A stretch of 64,000 bases of DNA from NCBI GenBank assembly GCA_023213395.1, contig CM041465.1, positions 147,877,741-147,941,740 of the forward strand. Reading direction: 5' to 3'. Every line of letters starts with the position of its first letter. Positions within the stretch are counted from its first letter, which is position 1. Below are positions 52,441 through 64,000 of this stretch, piece after piece. The notes below the pieces were generated by a model. That model worked only from the letters and a program-made list of their open reading frames with translations. It searched no databases and had not been told where the DNA came from. The position numbers and the translations under genes are program-made. This DNA comes from Cycas panzhihuaensis. Taxonomy: Eukaryota; Plantae; Cycadophyta.

Positions 52441-52453
52441 TGGTTCCGTTGCC
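52441..52453 (+). promoter_or_regulatory. PBS complementary to plant tRNA-Glu
   Basis: TGGTTCCGTTGCC, 1 nt after the LTR, is complementary to the 3' end ...GGCAACGGAACCA of plant cytosolic tRNA-Glu (tRNA sequence recalled from memory). Confidence 0.8.
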
Positions 52454-52581
52454 TACGTCCATTGAGGAGGGACAGGGCCTAGGGGTTTCAAAGGAAAAAG
52501 AATGTGTAAAGGGCAGAGGACCCTGGCTGCCAGCGTGATGGCGGGCTGTAACTAAGCCACCGGCAGCCAGGGGACCTTCCA

Positions 52582-54750
52582 ATGCCACCTAAGAGGCCTT
52601 CAAGGTCGGAAGAACCCCAGAAGGATACTTCACCTAAGGAAAAAGAAACCAGCGGACAAAGGGCACTAAGATGGTCAAAAGAAGCAAAACTCAGAAGGGC
52701 GAGGAGACTAAGTTCGCAAAACAACAAGACTAAGGGACAGTCCGTTGAAGGATCTGAGGCAAGTGGAGCCCAGACACCTCAGGAAGAGGAAACCCATGGC
52801 GAACACATGGTATTGACACCATCCCCAATCAGAGATGATTTGTTTAGCCCAGAGATTGAAGGAAAGCCAAAAGTGGACGAAAAACATGAAGAGATCCTAA
52901 CAGAGGGAAGTATACCAGTGGAGGATAGCCCGAAGGACCTAGGTGATAGCGATAAGAAGGCGAAGGAAGATCCCTCGGCATATTGGGAAAACAAACTAAC
53001 GAGACAGCTTTTTGAAGATTCGACAGAAAGGGGATCAGATCAATCTTACATTACAAGAATAACTATTGACGATACAAGTTCCAGGTGTAGTGGAACCAAT
53101 ACACATAAAAACTCCATTTAAGAATCCGTTGTTTGGAAAAGATAGTGCAGCGGTAGTTACTCCCAGTGCATCCCCAAAGGACGGAGGAGGGAAAAGATCA
53201 CCATCAGGTGGGGGATAGTTGCAATCTCCCAAGATGGACGACTATAGAGACTTTGGGAAACTAACCTTTAATGATACTTCAGACGCAACAGAACATGTGT
53301 ATCTATTTCAGAACCTCATTGATGTTAAAAAGATTACAGACGAAGATGAAATCAAAGCACGCTTCGCTTGTACATTGAGAGGAGTACCCTTGGCATGGTA
53401 CAAGGAAATAAACAAAAATGAGCCATGGGTAAAAATTAAGAAAGCGTTTGAGAAGAGATTTCAAAAGTTTTGGAGTAATGAAGCTGTGGAAATCGCATTG
53501 TGAGAGATCAGGCAGAGGCCAGGGGAATCCGTCCTAACTTACATTAGCCGAATGAAGATTATTGCAGCGAGCATGATCAATGAAACGATCACAGATCATA
53601 ATATGAAGAATTACTTCGTGAGAGGGATAAATGAGAAGTTGCGAGCTATGATGCATGCTCATCCGCTAAAGTCATTCAAGAATGCTTAGGATTTGGCATT
53701 AGATTTTGAGATGGAAATGGATGCCCAAGCAGGAGGACAAGATTCCTTTCTATTAAGATTACAAGATGAGATTAGAGAGTCAAGCGAACCAAGATAATCG
53801 ACCCTTCCGCTGTAGGGGTAGCGTAAGAGGAATCGAATCGAAGCACTAAGAAAAGAGGTGGCAAGATTAAAAATCAGAAATAACCGGGAGGAAGAAGAGA
53901 TGCCCAAAAAGAAAGAGCACACGGGAAGGGTAACCAAGTGGTGCCATATCTGTGAGGAAAACTCACATACCACTCGGGAATGTGAGTTGAATTTAAAAAA
54001 CAGTGCGACGCACCAACAAGAGAAGTGGTGCCACATATGTGAGGTTGACACACACAACCAATGATTGTTTTTATAATTCCAGGGGAAAAGCATTTAGAGG
54101 CTGAGGTCGGGGAAGAGGCAACCCACCTCGAAATGTGTATACAACGAGAGGCGCACCAGAGCCCTTGAGGAAGAAATAGCCGATGGGAAGATGCCTCATC
54201 TGCCTACGCAGAATCGGAAATCAATGCCCAATGAGCAAGAATACGAGTAAGCCGTCAGATAGTAACTGTGGCCCAAGCGACCACAAAACAGAGGATTATA
54301 AGGGTAAAGCTAAAGCAACGAACCTAATGACAATCGTACTAGAAACGAAGAATGTGAAATTGCAGAACAAACAAAAAGAGAAAGTGGATGAAGGATATCC
54401 AAACTCCCCAATAGAGATGGATCAGTACAAACAAGCGAAACAAGTGTTGGATGGTTTAGTCCGGGAAAAAAATATACTATCAATGGGTAAACCGGAAACA
54501 AAAAATGTTTATGTTCAGAAAAACAAACAAAAAGAGCAAGAAAAATTACCAGAAGAATCGACGGTAAAACCCCAAATGGTACAAATGGAGGAGTTGTTTA
54601 AATGATTACCAGCCGAAGATATTCCCAGAATGTTGTTATTGATGGAGAATCTAGTGAAGCAGTTGCAGTTAACTATTCCTCTGTCTCAAGTTATTGATTA
54701 GATTAAAGGAGGAGTGTTACAGAAAGGAATTACCAAAAGTTTGAAACAAG
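52582..54750 (+). pseudogene. gag: Gypsy-G gag (basic N-terminus, capsid, repeated CCHC knuckles; a few stops and frameshifts)
   Basis: MPPKRP..., FACTLRGVPLAWY...WVKIKKAFEKRF, IRQRPGESV, and KWCHICEENSHTTREC / KWCHICEVDTHNQ. Confidence 0.85.
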
Positions 54751-54759
54751 TTATACCAT

Positions 54760-57700
54760 CATTTGACATGGATCCAATGGTAACCATGTCCGTATTGGGA
54801 GAAACATTTCCTCGAGTCATTGTGGGTGGAGGTGCGGCAGTAAATGTGTTACCAGCTGCAACATGGCGTAAATTGGGAAGCCCGAAGTTGTAGGTAGCAA
54901 CCTACTCGTTGAAGTTGGCCAATGAGTTACTGGTACGACCCATGGGCAGACTGGCCAATATCAAAGTAGACGTGGCAGGGATAGTGGCAAGAGTTGACTT
55001 CACGATCGTGGAAACGGAGAAAGGAGCCACACCCTACCCAGCATTACTAGGAAGGCCATGGTTATACAAAACACAATGCCTTCAGAATTGGGAAAAGGTA
55101 ACCTTCACTTTATCGGACAACAACAACAAAGTGGTGCTACCAATGCTGGGAAGAAGTTCGATTGAAGTAATTCCAGACGAAGGATCCAGTACAACGATAA
55201 CCAGCACAACATTTTCTTCCAATGAGGAAGAACACATCTTTCACAAGGCGGAAGAGCCCACCACGTCAAAGCATCACCAGCATAAAGAACCAACGGATAT
55301 CAAAGAAATATACAACTCTTCGGATGATGAACACGGTATGAGGTTCGTGGATTACTGGCTTCAGGATGCATATGAAGTAAACTCTTCTTCTTTCAGATGT
55401 AATTTGTTATCTAAATGTGTATCTGTAAACATTGATAATAATTTAAATTCTTTTGAATATATGCTGACTAATGATCATTTGGAAATTGATAATAACCTAG
55501 ACCAACCAACCCTTAGCTTATCTAGTCATTTTCGTAGCTTTTTTCTAGTTAGTAGTAACCCTGACATCCCATCTACTTCAGGTGTGGGTCCTGAGGTAGA
55601 TTCCTTACCCCCCCCTTTATTACAACTCGAGGAAGGAAGTAATATTCCCTCCTCTTCTTCCTTAGAGGTACACCCGCCCAGCCATAAATCTCTTCCAACC
55701 ATTGGCGCCAAAACTGGGGAAATGGAAGGAGGATCGCTAGTAAGTACTTCTAGCGAGTCTGGTCTAGGGAATAAAATCATTATTCCGGAAAAAATAAATT
55801 GTCAAACCTATATTGGGGATTACATTAAACCATTCTATAGGGAATAGTTATATGGGACTACCCATTTAACACACTGCATTGATTATTAGATAGAGCAGGG
55901 AAATTGGGACAAAACCAAATGGCAGCAGGATTTAATCCTAACCCTACGAGGGAAAGCTTGGTATTGGTACTCAGCTCACCAACATACCCTTAGCAATTGG
56001 CAAGAATTGCAAACGATGTTTCGAATATGATTCGATCATCCAGACCAACTAACTATTCCAATATTCTATGTAGGACATGACCCTAGAAAACACATACAGG
56101 TGTGTAAACAAAATTGGAAATCTTTGAGTATACCTAAGCGGAATTGGTCTAACTACTTCTACCATACCTTGGGAAGAGTAGTAAAAGACTAGTTCCTAGG
56201 AAGGGAACAAAACTTAGATATAACCTGGAAAAACCTAAGGGAATCTTTTATAAAAACCTTTAGGCATACTTCAGAAAACCAAGAAGTAGACACAATCCTG
56301 AAACATATTAGGATGATGAGCATAAAACTAGAACAGCATTTAACAGATCATGAAACAGTAGAATCCATACAGAGTGAAGAAGAAGAAATTGTGAATTATC
56401 CTGCAGAGTTTATAGAATTCACCGTGGGAGAAAGAAAAGTAGAAGATGCTCCAGGGCATAAAACTGAAAATGTAGAAGATGTGGGTATGACAAAGTTAAA
56501 AACAACAGAAATTAATGTTGGCAATCCAGAAAGTCCTAAGCTTATTCGAATTAGAGATTATTGGGATCCCCAAACGGTAACCGAAGCTCAACAATTATTC
56601 GAAGAATTTCGTGATGTGTTTGCGTGGTCGTATAAAGATTTGAAAGGTATTCCTCCAGAGATAGGAATGCATCATATTGATCTAGTGGAGGATGTTAAAC
56701 CAGTAAAACAGTGACCATACCGAATGAATCTAAAATATAAAGAAAAAGTAAAAGCAGAACTGGATAAAATGTTAGAAGCGGGTTATATATACGAAATTGA
56801 CTACAGTGACTGGGTGAGCCCTGTAGTAGTGGTTCCAAAGAAAAATGGGAAAATTTGAGTCTGTGTGGATTACAGACAATTGAACAAAGTGACGAAAAAA
56901 GATCCATTTCCGTTACCTTTCACGGAAGATATTCTAGAAGCAGTTGGAGGGAATGAAATCTATTCATTCACAGATGGATTTAGTGGATACAATCAAGTGC
57001 AGATTGCCCCAGAGGATCAGGCAAAGACAACATTCGTAACAGAATGGGGTACGTACGCCTATAAGGTAATGCCATTCGGTCTTACGAATGCACCAGCGAC
57101 ATTTCAACGGATTGTGATTAATATTTTTCGTAAATTCATTGGAGAAAAAGTTGCTGTATTCTTAGACGATTCGACATTGTACGGGTTAATGAAAAATCAT
57201 ATGGAAAACTTGAGAGAAATGTTGCAAACTTGTCGAGAAAACAAACTGTGTCTCAACCCAGAAAAATGTACATTTCTGGTACCCTTTGGGAACCTCCTAG
57301 GGCACATAGTCAGCAAAGAAGGATTGCTGACGGATCCAGCAAAAGTGTCTGCCATTTTACACTTTCTGACACCAAATACGAGGAAGCAGCTGAAAGGTTT
57401 TTTGGGTTTGACTGGATATTATAGAAAATTTATCAGAGGATATGCATATATATCTGGACCTCTAGAAGAATTGTTGAAAAAGAATATTGAATGGATATGG
57501 ACCAAAGATCAGCAACGAGCATTCGAGACATTAAAGCAGGCCATAGTAGCAGCGCCTATATTGCGATTCCCAGATTGGAAGAAAACCTTTCATGTACATG
57601 TGGATGCGTCGCAATACGCTATTAGATGCGTATTGGCCCAACCCAGTGATGATAAAACAGATCATTCAATCTATTTTGCCAGTCGGAAACTTACGAGAGC

Positions 57701-59279
57701 ATAACAGAATTATACGACGACGGAGAGGGAAGCACTCGGCATGGTTTATGCACTACAGAAATTTCGACATTATTTATTATCTAATCCATTCCTGTTTTTT
57801 GTCGACCACCAAGCCTTGATGTATCTGGTGAATAAACCCATTATGCGAGGAAGGATCAGCAGATGGTTAATGCTGTTCCAAGAAATTTCATTCAGAATCA
57901 TTGTGAAACCTGGTAAGGTGCACATCATTCCAGATTAACTATCGAGAATCAAAAATAGATAGAAAGCCACGTGGATACCAGATGATTTTCCAGACGCAGC
58001 TCTATTCAGCATAGATGCAGTTCTAGTGGACTAGTATGAGGGTATACCAGAATACCTAGCGACCGGTGTAGTGCCAATAGAATTAGATCGTACAGGGAAA
58101 AGAAATTTCATTAGAAAAGCAGAGCCATATCAGCTTATCAGCGGTGAGTTGTACAAATTGGGGTCGGATGACATATTGCGACGTTGTGTTCGACAGCATG
58201 AGACAAACCAGATCACGTCGCAGGCACATGAAGGAGTAGCAGGTGGCCACATGGGGAAATTGGCCACATGGCGAAAAATCTTGATGTCGGGATTCTGGTG
58301 GCCATCAATGTTCGAAGATGTTAAAAAATGGGTTTAAGCATGCGACTACTGCCAACGAGTGGGGAAACCTAATCGACAGGATTTCCACCCATTACATCCC
58401 ATACTACCTTTGGCACCATTCAAAAAGTGGGGACTCGACTTTGTGGGACCGATCAAACCAGCAACACGCCAATCAAAAGCTCGATACATTCTGGTGGCAA
58501 CCGACTACGCGACAAAGTGGGTGGAAGCACACGCATTGAGGAAAGCTGATGCAGAAAGTACAGCAAGATTTCTGTATGAGGTGGTAATCACGCAATTCAG
58601 ATGCCCCTTGGAGATTGTCAGTGACCAAGGTGCCCACTTCCTCAACCAAACGATTGAAGCATTAACAACTGCCTTCATGATTAGCCATCGGAAATCAACC
58701 CCCTACTACCCGAGAGCCAATGGTCAAGCGGAAAGCTCCAACAAAATAATCGAAAACTGTTTGCAGAAAATATGCGACATCGGCAGATCAGTTAAATGAG
58801 AAGTTACCTTCAGATTATGGGCCTTTCGACGACGTCTGAAAAGATCAGTTGGACAGACCCAATTTCAACTTGTATATGGCATGGAGGCCATCCTTCCAAC
58901 TGAGTTCGAGATACCCAGCTTACGAGTGGCGATACAATGCCGACTAGATGACCTCCAGTCCTTGGAACGATGACTGGAAGACCTAATACGGTTGGAAGAG
59001 ACGCGACATCTAGCAAACTGGGTGCAGCATATAGAAAAACGACGACAAAAAGCGTGGCATGACCGCCATCTGCTGAAACCACAATTCAATGAAGGTGATC
59101 ACGTATTGCTATACGATAGCAAATTCAAAACACACCCTGGGAAACTCAAGATGCGGTGGTTGGGACCATACATCGCAGAAAACATTTTCGAGAATGGTTC
59201 AGTGCAGCTTCGAGAAATCGACGGACCCTTGCTACCAACACGGGTAAATGGTAGCAGACTCAAGTCCTACATTGAGTAG
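54760..59279 (+). pseudogene. pol: Gypsy-G pol: protease, long insert, RT, RNase H, integrase
   Basis: IVGGGAAVNV (catalytic D decayed), LLGRPWL, DPFPLPF...FTDGFSGYNQ...MPFGLTNAPATFQ...FLDD, HVDASQYA, WGLDFVGP, SDQGAHF and KMRWLGPY. One reading frame with scattered stops. Confidence 0.96.
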
Positions 59280-59589
59280 CCGCCATTACCGGTAGGATCA
59301 CCGGTTGTACCATAACGTATTGCATGATGTTGAGGCAATCAACTGCCTTGATACCGAGCCATGATCCAGTTCGGTATGGATATAAAAATTGAAAAAAAAT
59401 AGAAAAATAAAAAATAAGTAACTCATTTTCGATATAAGCAACAACAAGACAATCCGAGAAAAATCGAGGAAAACTCAAGAAGATACAAGCGATTACGATT
59501 GTGCGTCTCAAATAGGTATCGCTACTGTGCACGCATACTTGGGACGAGGATAAAGTAGAAAATACACTATACGTAGCAAAGGAATTCAC

Positions 59590-60085
59590 TAAAGTACGCA
59601 TAGTGGAAAAAGTGACCCCGAATTATACTATATGTACCTGAAAAGTACGTGGACAGGTACGCATAGTAGAGTTAACTTTAAGTGGCTCAATTACATTTTA
59701 CGTACCTGAAAAGTACGTAAATAGGTACGCAAAGGCATGTGAGCGTAAACTCAAATTATACATTATACGTACCAACGATGTACGTGTCCAGTCTGACCGT
59801 GTAAAAGATACTTAAGTGACTATTTGCAATATACGTACCAAAGAAAGTATGTAATCGAGTACACATAATAGCAATTCTTAACATTATACATACCAAGGGC
59901 ACGTATAAGATAAAATACGCAAAATGACAAATCATTACGTACCTGCGAACATTCCCATGCGGTACGCAGAGCAGAACGGACCACGGCACGCAAGGGTTTG
60001 CTCGGGTACGCATCACAGTGACCGAAACAGTGAAACGACAAGCGTTCCTCAGAGAATGCGTGCGTGCGGTTCTATCGGTACGCTT
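59590..60085 (+). promoter_or_regulatory. GTAC-motif array in the non-coding region upstream of the extra ORF
   Basis: About 15 GTAC (mostly GGTACG/CGTAC) in ~500 bp by hand count. Regulatory function is inferred. Confidence 0.55.
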
Positions 60086-60119
60086 TGGTTTTCTTTCTTA
60101 CCTCTGGAAATCCACAGCC

Positions 60120-61211
60120 ATGATGAGGACGGCACGGTGCCAAGAGGCATACATTCCCAAGCTCAAACAAGACCTCCAAGCCCTACCAGCAGCATTTCAG
60201 ACAAGGGTTAAGCAGGCAGGCTGGAAGTATTACATTTTTTGCAACCCTATGTATTATGACCCGGAGTTAATGGACCAAATTCTGATAGCTCTAAAAGCAA
60301 ACATCAGCAAAGCTAAATTGGACGCAGATATAGTCCACACTATTACTGGACTTCCCAAGGAGGGAGAGGTTCCATTGGGAACAAAAAGATCAGAGGTTGA
60401 TAGGGAAATGTGGATGAGGGAGTTATGCCAGCCTAACACCCAAATAATGTCCGGCGGAATCAGGGTAGCCGACATTATGGACAATAGATTACAGTGGGTG
60501 GCCAAGGTGATTAATTCCAGGTTTTTGTCAAAAAGGAAGTATACCTACATCCAGGGAGGTATGATGCAGGTACTCTTAAAAATTTAGGATGGAGAAAGAA
60601 TGAACTGGTCTGAATTTTTATCAGAGAATATGAGGCAACAGCTATAGGAAATCCAAACACAACCCTTCCGCCATCCTTCATTGCTTTTGGCAATTTTATT
60701 TTACCAGTGTCCGAAAGTTCAATTAACCAGAACCACTATTTCTCCTCGGGAACCAATCATTAAACAGTGGGTAGCAGAGTTCCCAGACACAACAACCAGC
60801 ATGGAAGCTAAACAGAGAGTTCAGAAGCAAATGCAGAAGGTCCTTACCTGGTTACAAAAAACCCCAGGTACACATATTCCTCATAGGACAAAGCAAGCTG
60901 TCCGTCGATGTGGGAAGAGGAAGAAAGGAGAGGAGGAAACAGAAGAAGAAGAGGAGGAAGAGGCAGAAGCATCCTGGGAAGAATGGGAAGATTTCCCAGT
61001 AGCAGCAGAGGTTGGAGAGCCCTCAGCACCTCCTACACCGCAGGACAAAGCGGGACCAATTATTCAAATGATCCAGGATATGGAGGTAGGGTACAAAGCA
61101 GAGATAGCGGCCCTTCAGGAGAAAATAAAGGGGAAGGATGCCATCATTGCTACCCTGACATAGATAAATGAAGAAATTTTGGGAGGACCGAGGCAGCAGG
61201 AGCCGCCTTGA
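60120..61211 (+). pseudogene. Gypsy-G extra 3' ORF (~360 aa, unknown function; PMD/plant-transposon-protein-like core, acidic tract, coiled coil)
   Basis: ORFs 60018-60587 and 60681-61163 share one frame and are broken only by TAG codons. Motifs ITGLPKEG, NWSEFL and a poly-E tract. Confidence 0.8.
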
Positions 61212-61305
61212 GACAGAGCGGGGGAGGGATACCCCGAAATTTTGATTTTTTTGGAGTTTTGTTGAGCAAGGATGCTCAAACCCATAACTGTTGACCCGGG
61301 ATAGA

Positions 61306-62147
61306 TGTTGGTATTAAAATTGACTCAATGGCTGTGTGAGGACCAGAGGTAGGTCAGATAACCTGAGTTGTGCATGTACAGACTGTACAGAGGTACGCAC
61401 GAGGCAAAACAACAGAAAAACAAGCATTCTGGGTACGTATAACAGGTGCATACCTGGAACGGGTACGCATGACAGGAATGTACCAACAGCGTAATCGAAA
61501 CCAAACCGGCAGACGCATGACCTGTGGGACCAAAGAAGACCTCGGGAGGTGCCGCATTTACACGGACGTCACCAAAAGGAATAATTAATTAAGGACAAAT
61601 AAAGTGATTAAGTGAAGAGGTACGCATAACTGAAGAGGTACGCATGACTGAAGGGGTACGGTTATGATAGACAGTCATAGCCCTTCAGCCAAAAGGTACC
61701 AGCAGGAGTACTTAAGGAGGTACACATGATTCACCTAGTTAGGGTGAGAGCTGGATATCACGGGTACGCAAAGGTGCAGGAAACAGTATGCATGACAGTC
61801 GATTGGAGCATGAATGTATGATAAGTACCATTTGGGTACGCATATGTATGATCAGATGTCTTTGGAATGCTCATGAATGCATTCCACTCGTAAATGATCT
61901 GCTCAATTAAGAAAAGGAAGAGTTACGTGAAAATTGGTGTATTCTTGGTGTTGTGATGATGATTTCTTTCAAGTATGTATTGATTTGCATCTTGTGTACC
62001 ATTATGTGAATTATATATGGAATGTATGTAGAATGTATGTGAATAACCATGTTGACAGTATCCTAAAACTAGACTATAGTGCTGTGTAACCTTGACAAGT
62101 GAGCAGAGGTGTCTCGTAAGTGTAACAAGGCACCCCACCGGTCAACA
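61306..62147 (+). repeat. Gypsy-G 3' LTR (842 bp)
   Basis: Runs tgttggtattaaaattgac...cggtcaaca and is followed by the TSD TCAAC. Confidence 0.95.
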
Positions 62148-62275
62148 TCAACCTATGTGCTATTTGATTGGGAAGACTCAAACTTGAGATTAAATCAATG
62201 TAATGTATAACTCCCCTAACTGGTGGAAAACTTGCTAACAACCCCTTTAGTGTGATATTCTTATACTCATCCAGG

Positions 62276-64000
62276 TAGAAAATAGATGGGTCTAATATTA
62301 TTTAACCATAAGTGATTAAACAATTATCAAACAGACATATATCTCTCAAATGAACTGAGGTGGAATTGGTCTAATAACAAGTATTTTTAATTACTTGAAT
62401 GCTCAAGTACATAATGTTGATCATTAGGACAACATATTATGAGCTCATAACCAACCCTCTTAAAACACTGTAACTCTCTACGATACAATGACTTACATGA
62501 GTATAAATAGCATACCATGCCATATATTTGATCAATGAAAAGACACCACTAATTGACCAATAGGACTTAACCTTTAATGAGCTAATCACATTTAATATTC
62601 ATTAATAACTATCTAAGCAGTTCTAAAACCCTAAGTACATAACTTAATTAATGAGTTAAGTTATGACCCTAAGAACCTAGATACACAACACACTTAGAGA
62701 AACATGTAAACATTATTTTCTAACACTTAGTGTTTACACTATTTCATTGTACTTTGATGCCTTCTTTAAATTTCTTGAATTTGTCTCGGTTCAATAGCTT
62801 GTTAAAGACATCTACAACCTATTCGCCATTCAGTTTGTGAATGAGTTCAATTTCTCCTTGTTGAATCTATTCTTTGATAAAATGATAATGGACCTTGATG
62901 TATTTTGTTCAAGTATGATAAATTGGATTCTTTGTGAGTGCACTTTGATTGTCATAATTCAACTTAGTTGCACTTTCTTGACAAAGTTCTAAATCCCCCG
63001 ATAATCTTTTCAACCACAATGCCTTGCATCCTACTAACATTACTACTTTGTATTGTACTTATTTTGGTGACAATGCTATGATCAATTATTTCTTATCACT
63101 CCAAAAATCCACTACTATACCTAAATTAAAATAATATCTAGATGACAAATGTCTACTATTAACATATCATGCCCCATCTAAGTTTGAGTATCCCTAAAAC
63201 TTAAAATCTTCACATTGAGTGAATGTAAGTCCAAATTATTAAGTTCCTTTCAAGTATTTAAGTATATGTTTAGCTACTAGCCAATGATTGTGTTTTAGAT
63301 TTTATATGAACTTTGACATAGTTGTCATTGAATATGCAATATTTGGCTTAATATTTGTTAAGTACAACAAACTTCATACCAGTTACCTCTACAGAGTACT
63401 GTCTGCATGTTTCTTAGTTTCCTAATCTAAAAGCTTTAATCTTGTTTCCATCTGCCTTGGAGTTGATTTGTAGTCTTCCATCCTATAACTTCTTCAATAA
63501 TTTCCAAGTATATTTTTCTTGTGAAATAAAAATTCTACAAGTGTTTGTCAAACTTCTAGATCGAGGAAGTAATGAAGTAGGCTTAGATCCATCATCTCAA
63601 AATTTTGATTCAAATTTAACTTCAAGTCTTTAACCATTGAGATATTATTCACTATTATTACCAAATCAACAACATAAAGTAGTACAAAGATTGCATCTTT
63701 ATTATTTTGTACTTTAATGTATAAGTTTAAATTATTTGGAGATCTTTCGAACCCATGTTTCAAGAAGACTTATTAATTTTCATGTACATGCTCTTGGAGC
63801 TTGCTTTAGACCATATAAAGCTTTCTTAAGTTAGCATGACAAGTGTTTTTTTTCCTTTTTAGTAAAATTTAGATATTGTTCCATGTATACATTCTCAATT
63901 AAATCTCCATTTAGAAAAGCACTTTCAACATCCATTTAATGTATTTACCATTTGAATTGTGTTTCAAGTGCGAGTTTGACTCTCAAGGTCATCATTTTAC
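62276..64000 (-). mobile_element. Copia-F: decayed 3' LTR (~62276-62725) plus RH/RT, continuing beyond the window
   Basis: LTR end ttttctaaca at 62725. Minus-strand LKKALYGLKQAPRA, MDVESAFLNGDL and LLYVVDLVI. The LTR left end is uncertain. Confidence 0.85.

Larger units (their letters stand above)
51632..62147 (+). mobile_element. Gypsy-G: full-length 10.5-kb non-chromovirus Ty3/Gypsy with an extra 3' ORF; best-preserved element in the window
   Basis: LTRs 51632-52439 and 61306-62147, TSD TCAAC (51627-51631 and 62148-62152), PBS, gag, PR-RT-RH-INT and an extra ORF. Confidence 0.97.
37339..62275 (-). mobile_element. CRM-like chromovirus (Ty3/Gypsy), minus strand, interrupted by the LARD, Gypsy-G and Copia-F
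   Basis: RT WRMCVDLRSINNITIKNTFPLSRMDD...FSKTDLRSGYY (51362-51547). RH at 50340-50800, INT at 39000-40220, PPVRGVIHYIDL at ~62190-62230. LTR termini TGATG...CATCA. Confidence 0.85.

Noticed and set aside
55703-55719. Internal PBS-like TGGCGCCAAAACTGGGA just upstream of the Gag-like modules, which would imply a captured element 5' end
   Set aside because: Only TGGCGCC matches plant tRNA ends, and no equivalent is visible in Gypsy-O. Too weak without a family alignment.
1395-63633. Numerous antisense ORFs overlapping gag/pol regions
   Set aside because: They are shadows of retroelement coding strands with no independent motifs.

Overview
This window is gene-free, repeat-derived DNA from a large plant genome. 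The element types suggest a gymnosperm or fern, which is an inference. I found no host genes, RNA genes or CRISPR arrays. The sequence resolves almost entirely into nested, mostly decayed mobile elements, many with exact ends and 5-bp TSDs. An old minus-strand L1-type LINE (33481-~34300) is flanked by two nests. On the left is an old non-chromovirus Gypsy (Gypsy-O, <1-33480). It contains Copia-A1 (2744-7835), Copia-B1 (8843-14064), Copia-C (which holds Copia-B2, 14722-19906, and LTR-D), an endogenous caulimovirid (~25790-29480) and a Helitron2/Helentron-like Rep fragment (~29700-31670). On the right is Copia-E, interrupted by a CRM-type chromovirus (37339-~62275). The chromovirus hosts a non-coding LARD (40224-50338, which holds Copia-A2, 40640-46142), a much better preserved Gypsy-G (51632-62147) and Copia-F. 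Main observations: (1) Gypsy-G and Gypsy-O share two extra Gag-capsid-like modules in frame inside pol between protease and RT, plus a conserved extra 3' ORF. Gypsy-G also has a tRNA-Glu PBS and dense GTAC (SBP/SPL core) arrays in both LTRs and upstream of the extra ORF. (2) A stem-loop encloses the PPT/U3 junction in several unrelated LTR families, each using a different stem sequence. (3) The caulimovirid has an unknown ~177-codon region after RNase H. (4) The CRM-like element has two chromodomain-like motifs. (5) Several deletions carry fold-back templated scars. All coordinates, alignments and counts were done by eye.
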